Positions 9,724 through 19,646 of a DNA stretch of 64,000 nucleotides are shown here, piece by piece; position 1 is the stretch's first letter; each line of letters starts with the position of its first letter. The position numbers and the translations under genes are program-made. Under the pieces are notes generated by a model. It made no database searches. It was not told the origin of the DNA and worked only from the letters and a program-made list of their open reading frames with translations. Source of the DNA: a virus (taxonomy: Duplodnaviria > Caudoviricetes); IMG/VR virus record IMGVR_UViG_3300043078_000170. One strand, 5' to 3'.

Positions 9724-11394
9724 TTATAAGAATCCACCGAAATATTTTAAGAATGTTTCGGTTGCTGCTGATGCTTGCTCATAAACAGATTGCTTTGTTT
9801 GATTTATATATTCATTTAATGTAGCAGGCATTGAAGTTCCAGTAGTCGCTGCAGTTTCTAATAATTTTTGAAAATTTGCTGTTCTTACTGCTGTTTTATA
9901 TTCAGAACTATTAGAATATTCTGATCTAGATAAAATCTTTTCAGATTTCTGTTCAACAGTAGTTTCATAAGTTTCTAACTCTTTTTTATATTCATCTTCA
10001 GTTAATTCTCCATTATCATATAATTGCTTTAATGCTTCTTTTTTAGCATTAACTGTATCATCATCTATTTCTAAAGCTTTTTTAGTTTTTTCTACATAAT
10101 CATTATAAACACTTGTGTTACTAGATGTTATAACACCCATTTTTAATTCAGACATAGTTTCAACTGCATTTGATAAAATATTTTGTCTTAGTTGATCCCA
10201 ACTTGATGTTGAATAATTTGAATTAGTTGCTGCTGTTTTAGAATCACCTGTTGATCCTGATTCATTTGCATTATTACTAAAACACATTACTAAAGTACGT
10301 TTAGTAGAATTTTCTGCACTATTAAATGCTGTTTTACTATTAGTAGTATCATAACTTCCTTCACTAGATGTTTTTATTTCTACATGGTCATAATTCTTTT
10401 CAAACATAAAATCTCTTCCATCATTACTAAATGTATAACTATTAGATGAAGAAGAATTAGATGAAGTGCTACTTGAAGAAATAACTGTTGTATCTTCATT
10501 AGGATCATATACATTAAAAGTAGAATAACCATAATTACTTTGTAAAGAGCTTAATGAAGCTGTTGCAGTATCTGAAGAACCATCACTAGATTCTTTTTTG
10601 GTATAATTAAATATATTTGCAGTAGAATTAGATACTGCATTAAAATCATATATAATTTGAGGATTTAATTCTTCTTTATATTGATATGCAAATGTAATTG
10701 TTGTTTCAATAGCATTTCTTGAAGTAATATCACTCAATACTAAACTTGATAAAGGAACATTAGTTGGATATATTCCAGTATATTTAGTAAAATATAAAAC
10801 AGTTCTCATATCAAAGTCTAATAAAAAGAAATAAAGAGAAGATGTAAAATCTAATATACGATTATCTCTAGTTGTTTGTGTTGGTTCGTGTAAACCATAA
10901 CTAGTTACTTCTATATAAGTCATCCATGCATAAAATATTTTAGTAATATCTAAATTTTTAGTTTCTGCAAAGTTAACTGTTAAAGAACTTTCAGCAGTAA
11001 AATTATCAATAGTTGATGCAGGTAATATTTGTTTCCAACCATAATAGTTTTCATAATCTTCAATAGTTTTCATACCAAAGTCTTTTAATGTAATACCTTT
11101 AAATCTATTAGTACATAATTTAATAAAAGGAGATGTAGAGCCTCCTCCTGAATATTGTAGCTGTTTTAATATATATGAATCGGTACTATTTAAATAAGAA
11201 AATAATTGATTAGAGTCTAATAATGTTTCACAACAATCACCATTTTCATAAATATTCATAGAAGGTGTTGTTAAAAAAACTATTGGTAAACCACCCATAA
11301 ATGGTTCAGTGTTTTCTCTTAGTCTATATGGATTAAAATTATTATATATATTAACTTCACCATATTTATTACTTACTATACTTGCAGCATTCAC
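9724..11394 (-). CDS. putative tail tube-like/baseplate structural protein
   Basis: FYAWMTYI ... YTGIYPTNVP ... ITFAY tube-fold pattern; co-transcribed with wedge gene. Confidence 0.5.
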   Translation of the reverse strand: MNAASIVSNKYGEVNIYNNFNPYRLRENTEPFMGGLPIVFLTTPSMNIYENGDCCETLLDSNQLFSYLNSTDSYILKQLQYSGGGSTSPFIKLCTNRFKGITLKDFGMKTIEDYENYYGWKQILPASTIDNFTAESSLTVNFAETKNLDITKIFYAWMTYIEVTSYGLHEPTQTTRDNRILDFTSSLYFFLLDFDMRTVLYFTKYTGIYPTNVPLSSLVLSDITSRNAIETTITFAYQYKEELNPQIIYDFNAVSNSTANIFNYTKKESSDGSSDTATASLSSLQSNYGYSTFNVYDPNEDTTVISSSSTSSNSSSSNSYTFSNDGRDFMFEKNYDHVEIKTSSEGSYDTTNSKTAFNSAENSTKRTLVMCFSNNANESGSTGDSKTAATNSNYSTSSWDQLRQNILSNAVETMSELKMGVITSSNTSVYNDYVEKTKKALEIDDDTVNAKKEALKQLYDNGELTEDEYKKELETYETTVEQKSEKILSRSEYSNSSEYKTAVRTANFQKLLETAATTGTSMPATLNEYINQTKQSVYEQASAATETFLKYFGGFL

Positions 11395-11423
11395 TTTAAT
11401 TCACTTCCTTTATATAAAATTTA

Positions 11424-11435
11424 TATTAGTTTGTT
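11424..11435 (-). promoter_or_regulatory. late-type promoter AACA-N6-TA
   Basis: AACA-AACTAA-TA upstream of tube/wedge operon. Confidence 0.75.
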
Positions 11436-11457
11436 GTATATAGTAAAATTTAATAAA

Positions 11458-11467
11458 TATATATTAT
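11458..11467 (+). promoter_or_regulatory. early-type phage promoter TATATATTAT
   Basis: upstream of 11589. Confidence 0.75.
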
Positions 11468-11588
11468 TTACATGGAAAAGGAGTTAGACTGCATCCACGT
11501 ATCTCTATAAAAAACTTAATATTGTAGGCTAAACAACGGTCGTGTCTACATGCTCTTTCCTAATATTAAATTTTAGGAGGAGATTATT

Positions 11589-11774
11589 ATGGTTTTTAAA
11601 AATAATAATAAAAAATTTAAATCTACAAATAATAATAACAAGGTTATTGAAGATAAATTTCCATTCCCAGAATGGTGTAATTTATTTCCGAGCAAAAACA
11701 ATTTTAACAAACATCAAAGTAAAAATATCGGAGATGCAATAGCTTGTTTAATATCATTAATTTTGGACCATTAA
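11589..11774 (+). CDS. small hypothetical protein, single-gene early cassette
   Basis: strong SD AGGAGG, upstream TATATATTAT, downstream terminator. Confidence 0.6.
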   Translation: MVFKNNNKKFKSTNNNNKVIEDKFPFPEWCNLFPSKNNFNKHQSKNIGDAIACLISLILDH

Positions 11775-11821
11775 AAAATTAGTGATAAAAGCCTAATTAT
11801 CTTTTCTAAAGAGTTACGTGG

Positions 11822-11858
11822 AGGGCAATATTTACTTTTGAATATTGCCCTTTTTTTT
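11822..11858 (+). terminator. intrinsic terminator
   Basis: AGGGCAATATT/AATATTGCCCT plus T run. Confidence 0.85.
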
Positions 11859-11870
11859 AACAACTTTTTA
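11859..11870 (+). promoter_or_regulatory. late-type promoter AACA-N6-TA
   Basis: AACA-ACTTTT-TA upstream of 11899. Confidence 0.75.
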
Positions 11871-11898
11871 TATTTTTATTAGAAAGGAATGATAATTT

Positions 11899-13245
11899 AT
11901 GGCAAGTTTTAACGACTTTATTCAAAGAGCTGCAGGACGTGCAAATAGAAGAGTAAGTGCTGGTAAGACTATTGATATTTATAATGGAAATTCTATTAAA
12001 AAAATGACCAAAGATATGATATTACAATTTCCTATTTTAGTATCACAGAATATTTCTCAAGATACAGTTGCAACTTTAGCTGCAGGATTTGAAGTTGAAA
12101 ATACAATCATGTTAAGATTATTGTTACAGAATGATTTTGGTACTCTAACAAATGGTTCTGGCGATTTAATTTCATCTTTAAGAAAAATTCATACAAATAT
12201 AGAAGGAAATCCAACATTTTTGGAAAGTTTAAAAGAGTCTAATAAATCTCTTTCAATTCCACTTGAGGAAAAGTTTTGTATGTGGTCTTTAAACGAAAGT
12301 ACTTTACCTAAATACTTAAATGAAGATAGTCATTCAGAAGTAGATAACGATGCTAGAAATAATAGAAATATTGATTTAGGTCCTTTAAGTGTTAAAGATA
12401 ATTTACATAGACAAAATAAAACAACTACTGATGTGAAATTTATAGATAATGCTCCATTTAATCCAGATATGTTTAAAAAGGTAAATGATTTACAACCAAC
12501 TTTCGTTAAAATAAAGATTTCAGTTTCAAATTCAACAACAACCGAAAGAGAAGGTGGTTTTGGAGTTAAACTTGGTAAATTTGGTATGAGTAAAGAAGGT
12601 AGTCCTTTAAGTGTTGGTAGCGATTTAAATGTAGGATATGGTAATACAAAAAATATATCAAGAACTTCTTTAGATGAAAAAGAAATTATTTTTGGTGTAA
12701 AGTGTATGGCACATCCATTAAAATCTGAAGATATTATATTTAATATTGGTAATGAATTTAAAAATTCTACTTTATTTAAGTTTGTTAAATGGACCACTGG
12801 TGAGTATGGATTCTTTAAGGGACTTGGAGAAATAGTATTTGACTTTACTAATATGAAAAATACTGGTATTCAAGCTGCTAAAACTTCTAACTATTGGTGG
12901 TATAAACTTAGAAAAATGAAGAATGAAAATAAACAAATTTTCCATTCTTCAACAAGTAATAAAAATGCTCCTATTAAGACATCTACATTAGTTATAACTA
13001 AAGATGAAGTTGATTATATTGCGACAACTTATAGAATTGATTTATCAATGCCTAAATTTGCACAAAAATTAATGAATTCTCTTTATTTATTAAATTTTGC
13101 ATATATTGATGAATCTACAGAAACAGTTTATCTTTATGATGAACCATCTGCTAGTTATACTGTTAAAAAGTTTAATGATTTTAAGAAACAAAAGAAAGCA
13201 ACACCAATTAATATTGATGATATTAAATCATTATTCGGTAGATAA
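11899..13245 (+). CDS. putative virion structural protein
   Basis: 448 aa, late-type promoter, SD AAAGGA. Confidence 0.55.
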   Translation: MASFNDFIQRAAGRANRRVSAGKTIDIYNGNSIKKMTKDMILQFPILVSQNISQDTVATLAAGFEVENTIMLRLLLQNDFGTLTNGSGDLISSLRKIHTNIEGNPTFLESLKESNKSLSIPLEEKFCMWSLNESTLPKYLNEDSHSEVDNDARNNRNIDLGPLSVKDNLHRQNKTTTDVKFIDNAPFNPDMFKKVNDLQPTFVKIKISVSNSTTTEREGGFGVKLGKFGMSKEGSPLSVGSDLNVGYGNTKNISRTSLDEKEIIFGVKCMAHPLKSEDIIFNIGNEFKNSTLFKFVKWTTGEYGFFKGLGEIVFDFTNMKNTGIQAAKTSNYWWYKLRKMKNENKQIFHSSTSNKNAPIKTSTLVITKDEVDYIATTYRIDLSMPKFAQKLMNSLYLLNFAYIDESTETVYLYDEPSASYTVKKFNDFKKQKKATPINIDDIKSLFGR

Positions 13246-13266
13246 TAAAAGAAAGGAGAGTTTAAA

Positions 13267-14442
13267 ATGGCATATATTAATAATATAAATCCAGATAGAT
13301 TTTGTATTGATTATATTTTAACTGAAAATTTTTATGATAAAGATTCTGTATTAATTTCTTCTAATTTTTTAGCAAGTCTTAATGAAGAACAAAAAATGAA
13401 TTTAGCAGATATGATGGGAACAAGTGCGGTTAAAAATTCTGAAAAGAAAATTGAAAAGCTTACTAGAAAAGGTGCTTTTTTTGATTTACCTAAAACCAAA
13501 GGTGATTTTAAAAAATCTAAAGCTTATCCTATTACAAAACAATGTATTTCTATGCTTAAACCTATAATGGATAAAGCAAAGGGTAAAAATACAGTAGAAG
13601 CTGTTACTGCTTTTCAAGCTTGTGATGCAGCAGTTTCTAATCTCGAAAAAAATATAAAGTATTTTGAAAGAGCTTTTAGTACAAATGACTCTGCTAATAT
13701 TTTATGTTATTTAACTATTGCAGCAGCAGTTGTTGAATTTACATCAATTATTTTAATTAATTCTACTTCAATTACTGAAGAAAATATTTTAATTTATAGA
13801 GATCCTCCTAAGAATAGCTTAATAAAAAATATTCTTTACAAGAATATTAATAAATTTAATGATATTTGTAGAAATAATAAATTAAAATTAAATGAAGAAT
13901 TAGAAGCTAAAGTTGAAGAGTATAATATGATTCATCACGAAGCAATCGGAGAAATTGCTACAATTGCTGGTGGTGTTGGTACAAAATTAGCAGGTATGGG
14001 TGCTGCTGTTAGTGCTGGATTAGCTGCTCATCCTGTATTAGCTGCAGGTGTTGGTGTTGGTTTAATTGCTAGTAGTATATTAGCTCTTGTTTATTTAACT
14101 AGAACTCTTATTTGCTATTTCTATTTTAAGAAAATTCAACTTTCTGAAAGCTTAAAATATGTTAGTGGTATGGTTGAAGCTAATGGTTTAGCTGTTAGTA
14201 ATGGCAGTCCTAAAGATAAGAAAGTTGGAACTAAACAATCTAATTTAGCTGTAAAATTAAAGAAGCTTGGTGAAGCCCTCGATAATGATAATAAACAAGC
14301 TCAACATAATACTGTTGCAACATTAAAGAAAGAAGATGCACAAACATCTAGAACTATTGAAGATAAACTTAGTCCTGATAATAGACAGGAAGTTACACCT
14401 AGATCTGATATTGATAACCTTGGCGATAGTTTATTTATATAA
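13267..14442 (+). CDS. putative virion protein with Gly/Ala-rich hydrophobic segment
   Basis: 391 aa, co-transcribed with previous gene. Confidence 0.55.
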   Translation: MAYINNINPDRFCIDYILTENFYDKDSVLISSNFLASLNEEQKMNLADMMGTSAVKNSEKKIEKLTRKGAFFDLPKTKGDFKKSKAYPITKQCISMLKPIMDKAKGKNTVEAVTAFQACDAAVSNLEKNIKYFERAFSTNDSANILCYLTIAAAVVEFTSIILINSTSITEENILIYRDPPKNSLIKNILYKNINKFNDICRNNKLKLNEELEAKVEEYNMIHHEAIGEIATIAGGVGTKLAGMGAAVSAGLAAHPVLAAGVGVGLIASSILALVYLTRTLICYFYFKKIQLSESLKYVSGMVEANGLAVSNGSPKDKKVGTKQSNLAVKLKKLGEALDNDNKQAQHNTVATLKKEDAQTSRTIEDKLSPDNRQEVTPRSDIDNLGDSLFI

Positions 14443-14450
14443 ATTAAAAA

Positions 14451-14475
14451 CCCTTAAGGATTTATTCCTTAAGGG
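14451..14475. terminator. bidirectional terminator hairpin
   Basis: CCCTTAAGGA/TCCTTAAGGG. Confidence 0.8.
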
Positions 14476-14481
14476 TTTATT

Positions 14482-14937
14482 TTATCTAAAATTTACTATA
14501 GGATATTGATAATAATAATATTTATTATAATCAACATCTGTAATATTTAATTCTTCTAAAATGGTATTAATTAATAATAAATTAACTGGTTTACTACCAA
14601 ATATCATTCTTTTTAAATAAAAGTCATCTTCATCATTATTACAATTGAAAAAATTATTAAGAAATTGATTTAACTTATTTTCCGATAGAATAAAATTATC
14701 TTTTAGATTAAATTTTTCATATCTTTTATAAATATCATAAATCATAATAATAGATCTAGATAAATCTTTTTTAGTTGGAATTGATTTATTAGCATCTGTA
14801 TAATAAAATCTATCTTCATCTAAATTATATTCTAAAGAAATTTCATATGAAATTTCTTTCATTTTAGCTTTTCTAAATAACTTTTTAGGTTGTTCTTCAA
14901 CTTCAGTAATTTTGAATTTTAAAATTGGAATATTCAT
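14482..14937 (-). CDS. hypothetical protein
   Basis: SD AAAGGAGG upstream. Confidence 0.7.
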   Translation of the reverse strand: MNIPILKFKITEVEEQPKKLFRKAKMKEISYEISLEYNLDEDRFYYTDANKSIPTKKDLSRSIIMIYDIYKRYEKFNLKDNFILSENKLNQFLNNFFNCNNDEDDFYLKRMIFGSKPVNLLLINTILEELNITDVDYNKYYYYQYPIVNFR

Positions 14938-15027
14938 CTATCTTTCCTCCTTTATTTATAATAATTATTTATTATTTTTAAAATTTATATTTTTTAACAT
15001 TAGGTTATATTTTTTATTTAGAAAGGA

Positions 15028-15582
15028 ATGATAATTATGATGGCAAGTGAAGTTATGCAAGTAATTAATAATGCTGATAAAATTGGCAATAATGTATTTA
15101 ATTTCTTTGTAAAATTTAAACCATATGAACTATTATTAGTTGAAAAGAAAAAGCCTTTAACTGCTGATGGAAATTCACTTTTAGACAGAGATACTTTAAT
15201 TGAATATATAAATGATCCAACAAAACCTCAATATAATAAGAAAAATTTAATTCCAATATATGATGATATTAAAGCTAGAATGGATTGGAAAGAAGTTTCT
15301 GCTATTTGGCAAACAACTCAAACAATGATTGATTGTGAAAGATATGATCTTACTAATGCCAAATTAGAATCAGAAAACTGTGTTTCTTTTGTTGATAGAA
15401 CAAATGGTGAAAGATTATATATGGCTTCTGATCAGGTTCTTAATATTATGACATATGAATATAAAGAAAAATGTAAAATGGTTAATCCTGAAACTGGAGA
15501 AGTTGAAGAAGTATTAATTAATCAAGGTAATGATTCTCGTGGAACTGAAAAACATAGAACAGCTCTTTGGTATAGAGATTAA
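15028..15582 (+). CDS. hypothetical protein (late)
   Basis: ORF with late-type promoter; true start may be ATG 15037 or 15040. Confidence 0.7.
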   Translation: MIIMMASEVMQVINNADKIGNNVFNFFVKFKPYELLLVEKKKPLTADGNSLLDRDTLIEYINDPTKPQYNKKNLIPIYDDIKARMDWKEVSAIWQTTQTMIDCERYDLTNAKLESENCVSFVDRTNGERLYMASDQVLNIMTYEYKEKCKMVNPETGEVEEVLINQGNDSRGTEKHRTALWYRD

Positions 15583-15588
15583 TAAATT

Positions 15589-15613
15589 CCCTAATGACTA
15601 TAAGTCATTAGGG
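15589..15613. terminator. bidirectional terminator hairpin
   Basis: CCCTAATGACT/AGTCATTAGGG. Confidence 0.8.
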
Positions 15614-15619
15614 TTATTT

Positions 15620-16993
15620 TTATATTTGAATTAATTCAATAGCAGATGTTGTATTAAAAGCAGAGGTTTGATTGTTACTATCACTAACTCTGCTAAATCT
15701 AAAATAATATCCATTCATACTATATCTACCATTTAAACTTTCATAATTTTCTGATTCAAATTCAATAACAAATGGTTTAAACCAAGAACTAGGATCTAGT
15801 ATAGCTTCATTTAATAATAATTCTATTTGTCTTGTATAAGCTGATTGTAGCAAATATTCTTTTTCCTTATTAGTATTATTATATTTATTAATATAAGATT
15901 TAACTTTTTCAATACTATTTTCTTCTGTATCAGTATAATCATATTCTCTTACTTGTTCATAATATGCATTATCATCTCTTGAATAAGTATTTACAATAGT
16001 ACCTAAAGCTTCTTTAATATATTGTCTTCTATCTAATATCTTAATTTTATCTGGAGTAATTGTTATATAATTATCATCTCCAATTTTAGCTAATCCACCG
16101 CCAGTATAAGTAGTAAAATCAATACCTTCTTCTAAATTACTAGAAAATGATACATTAACTTTATTAATACCAGTTTCAATATAATAATTCTTAGGCATTA
16201 CAATACTTTGATCAAAACCATAAAACATCTTTAAACCTCTGTCATATACACCATAATATTGGTCAAGATATTCTATAGCATAAAAAATATTTGATGGAGG
16301 AAAAATAATTTGTTTATATTCTCTTATATTATCTGGACTAACTATATAAGTTTTATTATTAAGATTTTCAGTAATTAGTGCTAGCATTTGCATTATATTA
16401 CAATTTCCATAAACACCTGAAAATAAACTTTTATTAGCGTTTAAACATTCTACTGGAATCATCTTTAATTCTATTGGTGCAAATTTAGTATATTGATCAT
16501 TTTGTTCATATAATAATTCATCTGTATTAATAGGTGAACTTTCCTGTTTAACTTTTTTCATATTAAATGACCATAATGTATCATACATATTTGCAGTATC
16601 TACTTCTGTAGTTGCATTATACATTAATTCAAATTTAATTTCTAATTCATCATCAAATTGTATTCTAGGAATATAAGTAATTGGTACATCTAATCTAAGA
16701 GATATTAAAGGAAATACATAATGATCTAAATTTACTTCAACTTGTACTATAGTTGTATAATTTAATAAATCATATACTTCTCCATTTGAAAATATTAAAG
16801 ATAAATTAGGTACATAACTATATCTTTTTGGATAAGAAGACTTTGAAGAAGAAACATCTTCAGTAGCATTTGTATTATAAACTTCTTGATCGGTTGCTAC
16901 ATAATTCATAGAAGCTTTAATATTATCTAATCTATCACTAGTAGTTTTTTCTTTTTCTAATGTTTTTAATATTTTTTCAGTTTCTACACCCAT
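15620..16993 (-). CDS. putative baseplate hub protein (gp27/gp44-like)
   Basis: 457 aa; C-terminal LNGRYSM ... FNTTSAIEL pattern; context. Confidence 0.4.
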   Translation of the reverse strand: MGVETEKILKTLEKEKTTSDRLDNIKASMNYVATDQEVYNTNATEDVSSSKSSYPKRYSYVPNLSLIFSNGEVYDLLNYTTIVQVEVNLDHYVFPLISLRLDVPITYIPRIQFDDELEIKFELMYNATTEVDTANMYDTLWSFNMKKVKQESSPINTDELLYEQNDQYTKFAPIELKMIPVECLNANKSLFSGVYGNCNIMQMLALITENLNNKTYIVSPDNIREYKQIIFPPSNIFYAIEYLDQYYGVYDRGLKMFYGFDQSIVMPKNYYIETGINKVNVSFSSNLEEGIDFTTYTGGGLAKIGDDNYITITPDKIKILDRRQYIKEALGTIVNTYSRDDNAYYEQVREYDYTDTEENSIEKVKSYINKYNNTNKEKEYLLQSAYTRQIELLLNEAILDPSSWFKPFVIEFESENYESLNGRYSMNGYYFRFSRVSDSNNQTSAFNTTSAIELIQI

Positions 16994-17120
16994 TTATAAA
17001 TCAACTCCTTTTTTATAATAATTTTTTATTATTTTATTTTTTTAATATAAAAAATTAAAATTAACAAAAAATTTATAAATTATATAATATTAATATTAAT
17101 AAGTTAAAAGAGGTGATAAT

Positions 17121-17735
17121 ATGGCTAAATTTGATCAAAGTTATATTGATGCAATTAATAGATCAGCTAAAGGTATTAATTTAAATACAAGTGATTTATA
17201 TCAAATTTATAAAGAAAATAGCACTGAAGAAGCTAATCGAATTATAGAACAAATGGTAAAAGCTAATCAAGAAGCTGTTTTAAGTAATAGTACTAATACT
17301 GAAATTAGAGATATATCATTAAATGTTACCGACTTTAGAAAATTAGAAACTTATATGAATAAAGAAGCTGTAGCTAGAATGATTCAACATATTTTAATCA
17401 CCAAGCAAGGAACTTATCCAAATAATCCAGATTTTGGTGTAGGTATTGAAGATTATTTATTTGAATTGGCTACTACTAGTGTTAAAGCTGAACTACAATC
17501 TGTTATTACAACTCAAATGAATAAATGGTTAAATAATGAATTAGGTAAAACTGATATAACTACAAAACAAGAAATTCAATTTTTAAGATCAAATAATGAT
17601 GCATATGTAACTTTAGCTATTTTTTTCACTGTATATGATACAAATCAAAATGGTAATACAGATGAATATAAAGTTAGTTTATTTTATACTGGTGATTCAT
17701 CAAATAGAAAAGTTATATCCAAGATGGATTTATAA
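17121..17735 (+). CDS. gp25/GPW-like baseplate wedge protein
   Basis: IQHILITKQGTYPNNPDFGVGIEDYLFE. Confidence 0.8.
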   Translation: MAKFDQSYIDAINRSAKGINLNTSDLYQIYKENSTEEANRIIEQMVKANQEAVLSNSTNTEIRDISLNVTDFRKLETYMNKEAVARMIQHILITKQGTYPNNPDFGVGIEDYLFELATTSVKAELQSVITTQMNKWLNNELGKTDITTKQEIQFLRSNNDAYVTLAIFFTVYDTNQNGNTDEYKVSLFYTGDSSNRKVISKMDL

Positions 17736-17765
17736 AAAATATATAATTAGAAAGGAATAAATACT

Positions 17766-19037
17766 ATGGCTAAAAAAGTTGCTTTTACACCAGATGATAT
17801 GGTGAATAATGATACTGGTGCTAATCCAGAGATGCTAGCAGCTATGGAACGTGCTAGAAATGAAATGAGTGGAGGTTTAGATCTTAAAGCTCCTTCAACT
17901 AATAATGGTGATTCTTCTTCTACAACTACTAAGAAAAGAAGTACTTCTAAGAAGAATAATACACCTACTAAAAAGGATGGAAGTCTTTCTTCAAGAGAAA
18001 TTATTACACAGAAAGAAAAGGCTAATCCTAGCCCTCTTTATATGAGTGATAGACATGAAGTAGTTACTGATATGAAGGTAAAGATTAATGAATTACTTCC
18101 TAATATGAATATTGATTTAAATAATATTGTAATTTCAGATAGTCTTAATAGCCTTGAAAAGCATACTAACCTTGATTTAGTATTCAATAGTAAGCCTACT
18201 TTCCAAGTAGCTTTACCTCAGAGTTGTTATACTGTTTATATGGAAGCTCTTAAGTATCAAGATATTGATGCTATTACTACTTCTACAATGGATGAATATC
18301 ATACTACATTAAAAATGTATCAGATTATTCATAGTAGAATGCAGGCTACAAGTATTGGTGCAATTAGTTTTGATACTTTCTGTGAATGTACTTCATTCTT
18401 TGATTTACAGAATCTATTTTATGGCTTACATATGCAGACATTCCCAGGAACTACTAATTTTGATTTTAAGTGTATTCATTGTCAGCATTCATTCTCACAA
18501 GCTATTCCAAATGATTCTCTTGTATTTAGTAAAGATGCAAAGATCTTTGAAAGACTTGAAGAAGTTGCTAAGAATGCAGATACACCTGATAAGGTTAAGG
18601 CTGGTTCATTAATTGCAGAACATAAGAGAATTTGTCTTGATCAGTCTAAAACTATTATTGATATTCGTATTCCATCTCTTAAGGATCAGCTTAATATTCT
18701 TAAGTCAACACCTGCTGATAAAATGGAAGAAATGGCTGATGATTTAGCTACATTGTTATTTATTAAGAATGTATTAATTCTTAATGTACCAGAAACTATT
18801 GCTAAGAATTCTCCTGTTTATTATCCAGTGACAGCACAGAATCAGGTTATCAATGTACTTAAGGAATTATCTATTAATGATACAAAGCAGTTAGCAAAGG
18901 CAATTGATGAATGGACCGATAAGTATAAGACTGAATATAGAATTCCAAGCTTTAAGTGTCCAAGTTGTAAGAAAGAACTAGGCAATATGCCAGTTGACAT
19001 GGAAAATGTACTTTTTCGTCTAATGCTCAGCCAATAA
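17766..19037 (+). CDS. baseplate hub/tail assembly chaperone (T4 gp26-like, two CxxC)
   Basis: FKCIHCQH and FKCPSCKK zinc knuckles; follows the gp25-like gene. Confidence 0.6.
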   Translation: MAKKVAFTPDDMVNNDTGANPEMLAAMERARNEMSGGLDLKAPSTNNGDSSSTTTKKRSTSKKNNTPTKKDGSLSSREIITQKEKANPSPLYMSDRHEVVTDMKVKINELLPNMNIDLNNIVISDSLNSLEKHTNLDLVFNSKPTFQVALPQSCYTVYMEALKYQDIDAITTSTMDEYHTTLKMYQIIHSRMQATSIGAISFDTFCECTSFFDLQNLFYGLHMQTFPGTTNFDFKCIHCQHSFSQAIPNDSLVFSKDAKIFERLEEVAKNADTPDKVKAGSLIAEHKRICLDQSKTIIDIRIPSLKDQLNILKSTPADKMEEMADDLATLLFIKNVLILNVPETIAKNSPVYYPVTAQNQVINVLKELSINDTKQLAKAIDEWTDKYKTEYRIPSFKCPSCKKELGNMPVDMENVLFRLMLSQ

Positions 19038-19234
19038 GTAAAGATATTGTTGGAAATGAAAGAGTTAAAGAACAATACAAAAATAGTGCTACATTTTTAT
19101 TATACTTAGTTGATCTATTTGAAGGAAAGATATCTATAGATCAATTATTAAATATGGAATACTCTTTATTATTAGCTATGAAAGAAGTTAAAGAAAAGAG
19201 TATTGAAGAGAGTAGAAAGAAATCACAGCATTAA
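18998..19234 (+). CDS. start-less -1 frame ORF, probable frameshift extension of the chaperone
   Basis: 78 sense codons ending FLLYLVDLFEGKISIDQLLNMEYSLLLAMKEVKEKSIEESRKKSQH; overlaps upstream gene across GGAAAAT and CTTTTTC. Confidence 0.65.
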   Translation, partial: HGKCTFSSNAQPISKDIVGNERVKEQYKNSATFLLYLVDLFEGKISIDQLLNMEYSLLLAMKEVKEKSIEESRKKSQH

Positions 19235-19280
19235 TGACTGAGCATATATTTTATAATTTATAGAAAGTTGGTTGAATCAT

Positions 19281-19634
19281 ATGATTTATTTTTATTATAA
19301 TGATCTTTTACAACCATCTGACCATTTAGATAAAAGTAAATTGGAAATGTTAACTGATTTTGATAAAGACAATTTCATAGAATCGTTAGGTAAAAAATTT
19401 GGATACCAATTTAATTGTCTAATAAATATTTTAAATTTAGAAAATATCCCTTATGATGTTATAAAGGGATTTAATTATATATCAGAAGATAGAGAAATTT
19501 GTAATTTTGAAAAAATATCGTTTGAATTTGATAATTCAAACGATATTAACGATATTATAGATAAATATGGTTTAGATGGTATATTCAATATAGATAAAGA
19601 AAATAATAATTATACATTTATTATAAAACATTAA
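19281..19634 (+). CDS. hypothetical protein
   Basis: ORF track 19272; first ATG 19281. Confidence 0.65.
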   Translation: MIYFYYNDLLQPSDHLDKSKLEMLTDFDKDNFIESLGKKFGYQFNCLINILNLENIPYDVIKGFNYISEDREICNFEKISFEFDNSNDINDIIDKYGLDGIFNIDKENNNYTFIIKH

Positions 19635-19646
19635 GGAGCTAATAAT

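Noticed and set aside
17063-17075. Late promoter for the gp25 operon
   Set aside because: Reads AACA-N7-TA, one base off the consensus; plausible but not counted.
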